A stretch of DNA of 64,000 nucleotides, from NCBI GenBank assembly GCA_964592405.1, contig CAZQBY010000005.1, positions 13,306 through 77,305 of the forward strand. Reading direction: 5' to 3'. The notes beneath the pieces are model-generated. The model had not been told where the DNA came from. It did no database searches and saw nothing but the letters and a program-made list of their open reading frames with translations. This stretch comes from an uncultured archaeon (lineage in GTDB: Archaea; Altiarchaeota; Altiarchaeia; JAFGQM01). The position numbers were made by a program, and so were the translations under genes. Below are positions 19,521 through 29,273 of this stretch, piece by piece (the stretch's first letter is position 1; each line of letters begins with the position of its first letter).

Positions 19521-19808
19521 ATGAGCATCAAAATATCGGAGCTGTATGGGACCGAAATATACACAAGCAAAGCCAAACACATCGGCAAGGTCGAAGACAT
19601 AATCCTCAACCTGCAGAAGGGCGAGATAATGAGAATCACGCTCGCTCCACTAAAAAGTGGCTTCCTTTCCAAAAGCAAGGTAGAAGAGATACTCAAGGAA
19701 AACAGCATTAGCTATCAGGATGTTGAGGAGGTTGGAGACATTGTCTTGGTGAAGCCCACCGTGCGCGCCGCAACTGCAGCAGCCAAGGGCGGGGCACACA
19801 GACACTAA
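19521..19808 (+). CDS. PRC-barrel domain protein
   Basis: 95 aa; MSIKISELYGTEIYTSKAKHIGKVEDIILNLQKGEI pattern. Confidence 0.6.
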   Translation: MSIKISELYGTEIYTSKAKHIGKVEDIILNLQKGEIMRITLAPLKSGFLSKSKVEEILKENSISYQDVEEVGDIVLVKPTVRAATAAAKGGAHRH

Positions 19809-19854
19809 CTTCCCACCCCAATTTTATAACACTCTACTGCTAAGTCTAGCCTAA

Positions 19855-21204
19855 ATGGTTCTTGACAAGCTCTCCTCAGGCCTGCAGAGGGTCCTAGAGC
19901 GTATTAGGGGGTCTGGTGTAGTCGACAGGACCACAGTCAGGGAGATAGTCAAGGAAATACAGAAGACGCTCATCTCAGCAGACGTCAAGATAGAGCAAGT
20001 CTTTGAAATATCAAGAATCATTGAGGAAAAAGCTCTAAAAGAGCGCCTGCCCGCCGGCATCCCACGAAAGGAACACCTTATAAAAGTGGTTTATGAGGAG
20101 ATATCCAGACTAATGGGGGGCGAGGAAGCAAGATTCGAGCTGGACCCCAAAAAGCAAAACAGGATAATACTTGTGGGGGTTCAGGGTTCCGGAAAGACAA
20201 CACAGGCTGCCAAACTAGCAAAATATCTAATGAAAAAGGGATTTAAACCAGCCCTGATATGCGCAGACAAATTCCGTCCCGGTGCATTGGAGCAACTACA
20301 GCAGCTCGGCAGGGAGATTAATGTTCCAGTTTACGGGGAGCAGGATGAGAAGAAGCCTTGGAACATTGCCAAGAGAGGGCTGGAGTACTTCAAAGATAAA
20401 AACGTTGTTATAATAGATTCAGAGGGGCGACATTCGCTGGATAGAGATCTTATGGATGAGATAGAACACCTGCATAAGGAGGTCAAACCTGATTACACAT
20501 TACTGGTCCTGGATTCCACAATAGGCCAGCAGGCAGAGGTCCAAGCGCGCGCATTTAAGGAGCGCGCAGGCGTAAATGGCATCATACTCACAAAATTGGA
20601 TGGTTCGGCCAAGGGTGGTGGCGGCATATCGGCATGTGCTGCAACAGGAGCTCCTGTTTTTTTCATAGGAGTTGGTGAGCGCATAGATGATTTGGAGCGG
20701 TTTGACCCAAAGGCATTTGTTGGCCGTCTGATGGGGTTTGGCGACATTAAGGGGTTGCTGCAGAAGTTTGAAGAGCACGTAGAAGAAGAGGAGCTCGAAG
20801 ATATAGCAAAGCGGATGATGGCCGGCAAGTTCACCCTCCTAGATGTTTATCACCAACTGGAGCACGTCAAGAAACTTGGGCCTCTGAACAAGGTGGCCGA
20901 GATGCTCCCCGGGTTTGGTAAAATAAGTGGCACCAAACTCCTCCCAAAGGAGGTACTCAATGTGCAGGAGGAAAAACTCAAAAGATTCAGACCAATCCTA
21001 CAGTCAATGACCTACCATGAACTCGAAAACCCAAAACTAAACCGTTCACGCGTTGAGAGAATAGCTGCCGGCTCTGGGACAGAACCCGAAGATGTGCGCG
21101 CACTTATACAACAATACAACCAAATGCGTGCGGGCTTCAAAAGACTCCGCAAGGACAGACGGTTTGCCAAAATGTTTAAATCAATGGCAGGCGAGGCGGC
21201 GTGA
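19855..21204 (+). CDS. ffh: Signal recognition particle protein SRP54
   Basis: GTPase motifs GVQGSGKTT, DSEGR, TKLDGSAKGG; C-terminal M domain. Confidence 0.95.
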   Translation: MVLDKLSSGLQRVLERIRGSGVVDRTTVREIVKEIQKTLISADVKIEQVFEISRIIEEKALKERLPAGIPRKEHLIKVVYEEISRLMGGEEARFELDPKKQNRIILVGVQGSGKTTQAAKLAKYLMKKGFKPALICADKFRPGALEQLQQLGREINVPVYGEQDEKKPWNIAKRGLEYFKDKNVVIIDSEGRHSLDRDLMDEIEHLHKEVKPDYTLLVLDSTIGQQAEVQARAFKERAGVNGIILTKLDGSAKGGGGISACAATGAPVFFIGVGERIDDLERFDPKAFVGRLMGFGDIKGLLQKFEEHVEEEELEDIAKRMMAGKFTLLDVYHQLEHVKKLGPLNKVAEMLPGFGKISGTKLLPKEVLNVQEEKLKRFRPILQSMTYHELENPKLNRSRVERIAAGSGTEPEDVRALIQQYNQMRAGFKRLRKDRRFAKMFKSMAGEAA

Positions 21205-21245
21205 ACTCCCCAAACAACCCCACTTTTTTCTTTTTAAGCCTTTTT
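21205..21245 (+). terminator. T-rich tract (cacttttttctttttaagcctttttcttct) after ffh; candidate archaeal oligo-T terminator
   Basis: Runs of 5-6 T immediately after the stop codon. Confidence 0.3.
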
Positions 21246-21336
21246 CTTCTAATTATCCAGGTGGTAAAACCAACTAGCAGACCTGAATTTTGGTCTTGAA
21301 AAGCGGCGCTTTTCCATGTTCAAAATTTAGGCTTGA

Positions 21337-23256
<1,920 letters not shown>

Positions 23257-23263
23257 GGAAGAC

Positions 23264-26131
23264 ATGATGGATGATGCTGATGGGAAAGACCAACAACAGA
23301 AAGACCAGCAACAGGAGGCCGGCACTCCAAACGACCCAACAGTCGGCAGTATCGGAAGGCAGATAATCCCTCAAAATATTGAGGATGAGATGAAGGAGTC
23401 ATATATAGATTACTCCATGTCAGTCATAATAGGGCGCGCCCTGCCGGATGTCCGCGACGGACTAAAACCAGTTCACCGTAGGATACTCTATGCCATGAAT
23501 GAACTTGGTCTACAGCACAATAAACCATATACCAAATCCGCCACTGTTGTTGGTGAGGTTCTTGGAAAATACCATCCCCACGGAGATACTGCAGTCTATG
23601 ATACTCTAGTCCGCATGGCGCAGGACTTCTCACTGCGCTACCCACTCGTTGATGGTCAGGGTAACTTTGGTTCAATAGACGGGGATCCCGCAGCTGCTTA
23701 CAGATATACTGAAGTGAGGATGTCCAAGATAGCCGGCGAGATGCTTGCCGACATTGAGAAGAACACCGTCGATATGGTATCAAACTACAACGAGACACGG
23801 CAGGAGCCCACAGTACTCCCCTCCAGATTTCCAAACCTCCTAGTCAACGGATCATCCGGCATAGCCGTCGGCATGGCTACGAACATGCCCCCCCACAACC
23901 TATCCGAAGTCATTGACGGAATAACCGCTACCATAGATAATCCCCAAATAACGATTCAGGAGCTCATGCAGTATATCAAGGGCCCGGATTTCCCAACAGG
24001 AGCCACCATTTGTGGTCAGGGCGGCATAGTCCAGGCCTATACAACTGGCAGGGGTAGTATCAGGATAAGGGCAAAGGCAGAAATAATAAAAAACAAAAAC
24101 AGGGAGTCGATAATCGTCACGGAAATACCCTACCAGATAAACAAGGCCAACCTGATAGGCTCCATAGCCGAGCTGGTTAAGGATAAGAAGATAGATGGCA
24201 TCTCGGATATAAGGGACGAATCTGATAGAGAAGGTATGCGCATAGTCATTGAGATAAAACAAGGGGCGCAGGCCGATATTGTCCTGAATCAGCTCTACAA
24301 ACATACGGCCATGGAGGCCACTTTTGGTGTCATAAATCTTGCTCTTGTAGACAACAAACCCGTAGTTCTCACTCTCAAGGGGCTCATAACCAATTTCATA
24401 AAACATCGCAAAAACGTCATAACACGAAGATGCCAGTTCGAACTCAAAAAATCTGAGGACCGCATCCATATTCTTGAGGGCTTCAGAATAGCTCTCAACA
24501 ACATAGATGGTGTGGTCAAGCTCATCAGGGGTTCAGAGAACATAGAATCGGCCCGCACAAGTCTTGTCAGCAGTTTTGGGCTTTCGGATAAACAGGCCAA
24601 AGCCATACTGGAAATGCGCCTCCAGAAGCTGACCGGTCTGGAGCGTGAGAAAATAGAGCAGGAATATGGGGAACTTCTCAAATACATAAAGTGGTTAAAG
24701 GAGGTCTTGGCTGATGAGGGGCGGATTCTCCAGATAATCAAAGATGAACTTGCTGAAATAAAGAATACCTATGGAGATGAGAGAAGAACTGAAATAGGTG
24801 AGGCAGTTGATGATATTGATATTGAAGATCTGATACCTGAGGAGCGCATGGTTGTTTCCATAACCAACCAAGGATATATCAAGAGACTGCCCCTGACCAC
24901 ATACCGTGCACAGAGAAGAGGGGGCAGGGGAGTCATAGGGATGGATACAAAGGAAGGAGATTTTGTCGAACAGCTTTTTATAGCCTCAACCCATGACTAC
25001 ATGCTTTTTTTCACCAACAGGGGACGGGTTTACTGGCTCAAGGTCTATCAGCTTCCAATTGCAGGGCGGTATTCCCGCGGCTCAGCGATAGTAAACCTCC
25101 TCCAACTGGAAAAGGATGAAAAGGTGGAGGCCGCTATCAGAATAAATGAGTTCAAAAAAGGTTATTATCTGGTAATGATAACCAAGGAAGGCCTGATAAA
25201 AAAGACAGAGCTGGAGGCTTACAGCCGTCCGAGGAAGGGGGGAATAATAGGGATAAGACTCAGGGAGAATGATGAGCTGGTAAGTGTTCTCCTGACTAAA
25301 GGAGATGACGAGATACTGGTCTCAACCAGAAACGGAAAGGTAATAAGGTTTAGTGAAACTGATGTGCGCGCAGTGGGGAGAAACTCTATGGGAGTCAGAG
25401 CCATAAAACTGAAGAACGAAGACAAGGTGGTCAGTGCGGTGGTCATAGATGTGGAATCGTCCCTTCTCACAATCACAGAGAACGGATATGGCAAGCGGAC
25501 GCCGTTCAACAAATACTCCCTTCAAAAACGCGCCGGCCAAGGAGTTATAGATATCAAAACAACTGAGAGAAACGGGGGCGTGGTTGGATCCATAACAGTC
25601 CGAGAGGATGATGAAATAATGTCCATAACGTCAAAAGGGATTATAATAAGAACCCCAGTCTCTGACATATCCCAAATCGGCAGGAATACCCAGGGGGTCC
25701 GGATAATGAAGCTTGAAGAAGGCAACAAGGTAGTATCCATTGCGCGCATAGTAGGTGAAAAAGAGGAGGAAGAGATAGAGGGCGAAGTGGAAACCATGGC
25801 AAAAGGTGCAGAAGCAGAAGAAGAGCCTCTAGCCGAAATCGAGAGGATCTCAGAAGAAAGACCTGCGCCCAAAGCCGAAGAGACAGACGAAGAAACAAAT
25901 AAAACAACTATAGAGAGGGCCCTAGAGGAGATCGAGCCGGAGAGAAAGGAGCATACAGAAAAACCTGAAGAGCCTGTGCCAAAGGCGGATAAAACCATCT
26001 TCCCGAGAGAAGAGATTGATGAACCAAAATCAGGCAGGGAGGTCCCGGATTATCTACTACGCTATATCAAAGCAAATCCAAAATCACCAAAAGCAATCAA
26101 GGTTGCGCGCGAATATGGTATAGAACTGTAA
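23264..26131 (+). CDS. gyrA: DNA gyrase subunit A with an unusually long acidic C-terminal extension
   Basis: Catalytic Tyr region [12 protein letters not shown], beta-pinwheel repeats, then about 130 aa of E/K-rich tail; 955 aa. Confidence 0.93.
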   Translation: MMDDADGKDQQQKDQQQEAGTPNDPTVGSIGRQIIPQNIEDEMKESYIDYSMSVIIGRALPDVRDGLKPVHRRILYAMNELGLQHNKPYTKSATVVGEVLGKYHPHGDTAVYDTLVRMAQDFSLRYPLVDGQGNFGSIDGDPAAAYRYTEVRMSKIAGEMLADIEKNTVDMVSNYNETRQEPTVLPSRFPNLLVNGSSGIAVGMATNMPPHNLSEVIDGITATIDNPQITIQELMQYIKGPDFPTGATICGQGGIVQAYTTGRGSIRIRAKAEIIKNKNRESIIVTEIPYQINKANLIGSIAELVKDKKIDGISDIRDESDREGMRIVIEIKQGAQADIVLNQLYKHTAMEATFGVINLALVDNKPVVLTLKGLITNFIKHRKNVITRRCQFELKKSEDRIHILEGFRIALNNIDGVVKLIRGSENIESARTSLVSSFGLSDKQAKAILEMRLQKLTGLEREKIEQEYGELLKYIKWLKEVLADEGRILQIIKDELAEIKNTYGDERRTEIGEAVDDIDIEDLIPEERMVVSITNQGYIKRLPLTTYRAQRRGGRGVIGMDTKEGDFVEQLFIASTHDYMLFFTNRGRVYWLKVYQLPIAGRYSRGSAIVNLLQLEKDEKVEAAIRINEFKKGYYLVMITKEGLIKKTELEAYSRPRKGGIIGIRLRENDELVSVLLTKGDDEILVSTRNGKVIRFSETDVRAVGRNSMGVRAIKLKNEDKVVSAVVIDVESSLLTITENGYGKRTPFNKYSLQKRAGQGVIDIKTTERNGGVVGSITVREDDEIMSITSKGIIIRTPVSDISQIGRNTQGVRIMKLEEGNKVVSIARIVGEKEEEEIEGEVETMAKGAEAEEEPLAEIERISEERPAPKAEETDEETNKTTIERALEEIEPERKEHTEKPEEPVPKADKTIFPREEIDEPKSGREVPDYLLRYIKANPKSPKAIKVAREYGIEL

Positions 26132-26206
26132 TGGGCCTGGCCAGATTTGAACTGGCGACCTCTCGATTATCAGTCGAGCGCTATAACCAGGCTAAGCCAC
26201 AGGCCC
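26132..26206 (-). tRNA. tRNA-Ile (anticodon GAT)
   Basis: Revcomp is GGGCCTGTGGCTTAGCCTGGTtATAGCGCTCGACTGATAATCGAGAGGtCGCCAGTTCAAATCTGGCCAGGCCCA. It has a 7-bp acceptor stem, the GTTCAAATC T-loop and a CTGATAA anticodon loop. It abuts the gyrA stop codon. Confidence 0.85.
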
Positions 26207-26313
26207 GTGCCTCTATTTTGAAGATAAGTACTCAAAAAGTTTTCGGCCCCCGGGCTACATCAGCCACCCCAATACATAAATGAGCTGATAATATCAATAA
26301 TTAACACATAAAT

Positions 26314-27060
26314 TCAGAGCGAAAGCAGATTTCGGAGCCTCAAGAACCTCGGCGGCCTATAGTCCGCCCCAACCAGGTTGGCTGCCAGCTGCTTGTAGCT
26401 AACGGCCGCTTTGGAGTAGGGGGAGTGAAATACTAGGGGTGTCCGTTCGAATATCGACCTCTTTATTCCTTTGTCCTCTGGTATCCGGGCAAGCACAGGC
26501 GCCTCACAGAGAGCCTCAATTTCGTGCACAAGAATCTCTGCCGCATCATTCTCTACCCTGTTTACTATAACCCCAAGATTGTCCTTTCCCATGTTCCTGG
26601 AGATCTCAAGTATCTTGATGGCATCCGTTACCGAGGGGACATCCGGATTTGTTATAACCAAGATGTCATCGCACGCCTCCATAATATGGTATATATCCTT
26701 ACTAAATCCAGGGGGCGCATCTACTATCACCAATCCCTCCAGACCATCCCTGATAACATCCTTGAAACCAGACATATCCACTATACTCTGCTCTAGAGAA
26801 AGGGATGCAGGGATTATCTTCATGCCGCGCAGCACCACCTTAACTGCTTTGTATATATGTGTCCTCTTTTTTAGGACATCCTGAAGAGATGAGCTTGCAT
26901 CCGGGAGACCGAGATGTACTGTCAGATTGGCGGAACTAATATCTGCATCTACCAGTATGGACTCATGACCAAATTCATGGAGGGCTGCAGATAGGTTAAT
27001 GGCCGTGACAGTCTTTCCGACCCCCCCTTTGCCGGAGAGAACACCAATTACTCGTTGCAT
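26314..27060 (-). CDS. minD: MinD/ParA-family P-loop ATPase (archaeal MinD-like)
   Basis: Deviant Walker A LSGKGGVGKT, 248 aa. Confidence 0.8.
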   Translation of the reverse strand: MQRVIGVLSGKGGVGKTVTAINLSAALHEFGHESILVDADISSANLTVHLGLPDASSSLQDVLKKRTHIYKAVKVVLRGMKIIPASLSLEQSIVDMSGFKDVIRDGLEGLVIVDAPPGFSKDIYHIMEACDDILVITNPDVPSVTDAIKILEISRNMGKDNLGVIVNRVENDAAEILVHEIEALCEAPVLARIPEDKGIKRSIFERTPLVFHSPYSKAAVSYKQLAANLVGADYRPPRFLRLRNLLSL

Positions 27061-27183
27061 TATAGTGATTTACACCAAAGAACTCCACTATACTATCAGG
27101 AAGCCCAATAAAAATCAGGAGCATCCATTTTAATATCTGCAACAACAATATATCGCTACAGGTTATTTAATAGGGGTGCAGAT

Positions 27184-27606
27184 ATGGACAAAATTGTTGC
27201 GGTTGCCTCTATACTCGCTATAGTCGCCATACTCTCAGTGACCTTGATTCTAAATCCTTTTGCCCCCCCTTCACCCCTTCAGGAGGGGGCTGTCGAGGAG
27301 AGTGATGGCACTGGCGGAGTTGTGGGGACGGCTCCTGAACCAGAATCGGAAGGTGATGAAGCGACCCACCCAGAGATAAATATCAATCAGGCAACAATAG
27401 AGTCCATAATAACCCCCAAAGTAAGTGGAAACTGCACCCTCTACAAACACGTAGTGAAGAACAAATGGGAGTGTTTTGGAACTGCTGGCAACTTCAGCAA
27501 AATAGCCACAAACGAATACCGGCCAGCAGAATCAGACACCTACTTTTGCAGGCCTACCGAGTATGGGTGCAAGCTTTACCAGAGGGTGGACTTCCAACTG
27601 GGATAA
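27184..27606 (+). CDS. Hypothetical small secreted or membrane-anchored Cys-containing protein
   Basis: N-terminal hydrophobic anchor IVAVASILAIVAILSVTLIL followed by a low-complexity acidic region and 4 Cys. Confidence 0.4.
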   Translation: MDKIVAVASILAIVAILSVTLILNPFAPPSPLQEGAVEESDGTGGVVGTAPEPESEGDEATHPEININQATIESIITPKVSGNCTLYKHVVKNKWECFGTAGNFSKIATNEYRPAESDTYFCRPTEYGCKLYQRVDFQLG

Positions 27607-27726
27607 TGTGCGCGCACACAATAATCCAGGCAACTCGGATGTGAGGGCTCTGGGAGATATTGTTTTGCTGACGTGCTGTATGATTATCCTTTGGTGAGGC
27701 CGGCCGCCAGAGGCGATCCTCATAAA

Positions 27727-27800
27727 AAGCCCCCGGAGGGATTTGAACCCTCGACTTGCTGATTACAAGTCAGCCGCTCTGCCAGACTGAGCTACGGAGG
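27727..27800 (-). tRNA. tRNA-Thr (anticodon TGT)
   Basis: Revcomp is GCCTCCGTAGCTCAGTCTGGCAGAGCGGCTGACTTGTAATCAGCAAGtCGAGGGTTCAAATCCCTCCGGGGGCt with a canonical cloverleaf. Confidence 0.85.
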
Positions 27801-27857
27801 CAAGCACCCCCACATATGATTTCTCCCACAAGCGCTGCATCTGCCCAAGGATAGGAA

Positions 27858-27933
27858 TAGCGGGGGTGGGATTTGAACCACACGACCTTCGGGTTATGAG
27901 CCCGACGAGCACTCCTGGCTGCTCAACCCCGCT
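27858..27933 (-). tRNA. Initiator tRNA-Met (CAT)
   Basis: Revcomp is AGCGGGGTTGAGCAGCCAGGAGtGCTCGTCGGGCTCATAACCCGAAGGTCGTGTGGTTCAAATCCCACCCCCGCTA. The A1:U72 pair and three G:C pairs in the anticodon stem are the archaeal initiator hallmarks. Confidence 0.8.
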
Positions 27934-28028
27934 ATTAGAATAGTTAGGGGGGTATATTCGAAGTATGGACCATAAAAAATCAAGATGGTTGCGATTCCAA
28001 ACCTTTTTTTCTAAAAACCTCAATATTA

Positions 28029-28300
28029 TCAGCGGGCTAGGCCGGGGAGCTAGGGGTTCCCTCTTTCCCAAAATCCCCTTCAGGGAGCCGAATCCGAGGG
28101 GCGATTCGGTCTGGGTGGAGATGGATGGTTTTCCTCTGTGTCGATCCCTCGTCCCTTGGGGGCACATGTGATCCGAATCTGGTCAGGCCCTGACGGGAGC
28201 AGCCATAAGGATTATGTGTGTCGTCTAAGGAATCGCGAGGGGGAGCATGTAAACCACTCCTATCCATTTGGACCGTCTCCACCCGAGGGCCCGCTACCCA
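28029..28300 (+). ncRNA. ffs: SRP RNA (7S RNA). Ends are approximate.
   Basis: Helix-8-like SRP54-binding motif at 28181-28210 (GGTCAGGCCCTGACGGGAGCAGCCATAAGG; compare E. coli 4.5S ...GGUCAGGUCCGGAAGGAAGCAGCCAAGG). The flanking strands AAUCU/AGGAUU pair. A terminal helix forms between AGCGGGC (28031-28037) and GCCCGCT (28289-28295). The overlapping ORFs 27965-28423 have implausible composition. Confidence 0.65.
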
Positions 28301-28377
28301 ATCTTTCAATATGGCTTTTCTTACCCCTTCTTCTAATTTGACACTTGGATCTAAGTGTGTTCTAGGGTCGATCTGAG

Positions 28378-28607
28378 CCGAGGTCGGCGCAAACCCTCGC
28401 GGTTTGCTCACCTCAGCGCTCATAAGCAGAAAGGAAACCTACGCCGAGGTTGGGCGAACCTTCGGTTCGCAACCCTCGGCTAATATTCAGGGAGGACGTT
28501 CACGCCGAGGTCGGGCTCGCTTCGCTCGCGACCCTCGGCACATTTGTAGAAGAGCTACCTTTGCCGAGGTGGGTGTAAACCTCTGCGGTTTGCTCACCTC
28601 AGCGCTC
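28378..28607 (+). repeat. Array of four tRNA-Ser-derived minihelix elements (E1 28378-28421, E2 28444-28481, E3 28505-28541, E4 28565-28607)
   Basis: Each starts GCCGAGGT, which equals tRNA-Ser positions 1-8. Each ends CCTCGGC or CCTCAGC, the acceptor 3' strand. Each encloses a short hairpin. E2 and E3 have perfect 7-bp acceptor helices. Confidence 0.7.
28401..28451 (+). repeat. 51-nt perfect direct repeat, copy 1 (cggtttgctcacctcagcgctcataagcagaaaggaaacctacgccgaggt)
   Basis: Identical to 28587-28637. Ends in the first 8 nt of the tRNA-Ser sequence. Confidence 0.9.
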
Positions 28608-28637
28608 ATAAGCAGAAAGGAAACCTACGCCGAGGTG
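28587..28637 (+). repeat. 51-nt perfect direct repeat, copy 2. Runs into the genuine tRNA-Ser 5' end.
   Basis: Identical to 28401-28451. Confidence 0.9.
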
Positions 28638-28757
28638 GCGGAATCTGGCTAACGCGCCAGATTGGAGATCTGTGGACCTCCTGTCTACCAAGAACGGGGG
28701 CCATTTCCAGACATCTGGTGCCCTTCGGGGCGTCTGGGTTCAAATCCCAGCCTCGGC
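28628..28757 (+). tRNA. tRNA-Ser (anticodon GGA), class II, with an intron of about 45 nt at the canonical 37/38 site (intron about 28667-28711)
   Basis: Acceptor GCCGAGG/CCTCGGC. Discriminator G73. Anticodon stem CCAGA...TCTGG is completed only after removing the insert. Anticodon loop TTGGAGA. Long variable arm GCCC-TTCG-GGGC. T arm CTGGGTTCAAATCCCAG. The intron 3' part TCCAG can pair with loop TTGGA, forming a bulge-helix-bulge. Confidence 0.8.
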
Positions 28758-28772
28758 GCTTCATTGTCTAAG

Positions 28773-28911
28773 CGACGCCTCGCGCCGAGGCGTCTGTTCA
28801 CCTGCGCAACTTAGCGGCGAACAGGTGAACATCCCAGCCTCGGCGCTTCCTTCTCTAGGCAAATTAGCTGAGGGTCCCTGCAGCTTCGCTGCAGGTCTGA
28901 CCTCGGCGCTT
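28773..28911 (+). repeat. Downstream hairpins plus partial copies of the tRNA-Ser 3' end
   Basis: Perfect inverted repeats GACGCCTCG/CGAGGCGTC (28773-28793) and GTTCACCTG/CAGGTGAAC (28795-28829). 28830-28848 (ATCCCAGCCTCGGCGCTTC) duplicates tRNA 3' end 28742-28760. Hairpin CCTGCAGC-TTCG-CTGCAGG (28876-28894) is followed by CTGACCTCGGCGCTTC (28895-28911). Confidence 0.75.
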
Positions 28912-28931
28912 CTACTCTACTTAGCTTAAGC

Positions 28932-29225
28932 TTGGCGCTAAATCTATTTATCCCACAACGCGCTAACCTAACCATGGAAACTGTATGGCTTGGCTATTTT
29001 GCCGGCATCCTTACAATGGCAGCATTCGTCCCACAAGTTCTGAAGAGTGTTACAACCCGGAGTACAAAAGACCTATCGCTCCCCATGCTTGTGATAATGG
29101 CAGCCGGTCTGTGGATGTGGCTCACATACGGACTGGCAACTGGCGATCCGGCATTGATATTCACAAATATCATTCAGGGGAGCCTTGCGACAAGTCTTGT
29201 GATACTCAAGCTTAGGTATGGATAG
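28932..29225 (+). CDS. PQ-loop / SemiSWEET-like small membrane protein (3 TM). Probable start is METVWLG at 28974.
   Basis: About 83 aa core with the PQ motif (FVPQVLKS) in TM1 and three hydrophobic helices. Confidence 0.5.
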   Translation: MALNLFIPQRANLTMETVWLGYFAGILTMAAFVPQVLKSVTTRSTKDLSLPMLVIMAAGLWMWLTYGLATGDPALIFTNIIQGSLATSLVILKLRYG

Positions 29226-29273
29226 TCTGTTTTTCTTACCTTTTCCATATAATCCCCGTTCAACAAGTCCAAC

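Noticed and set aside
25219-25998. Minus-strand ORFs of 97-158 aa rich in Ser/Leu
   Set aside because: They are antisense to the gyrA acidic tail. The GAA/GAG repeats read as CTT/CTC codons.
27763-28423. ORFs 27763-28167(-), 27965-28171(+), 28037-28423(-), 28138-28341(+)
   Set aside because: They overlap the tRNA-iMet/SRP RNA region. Their composition is implausible and the structured RNA explains the sequence.
28404-28929. ORFs 28404-28652(+), 28672-28929(+) and 28985-29215(+)
   Set aside because: They translate the tRNA-Ser repeat array and hairpins, giving repetitive ...TSALISRKETYAEV... from the 51-nt repeat. These are not proteins.
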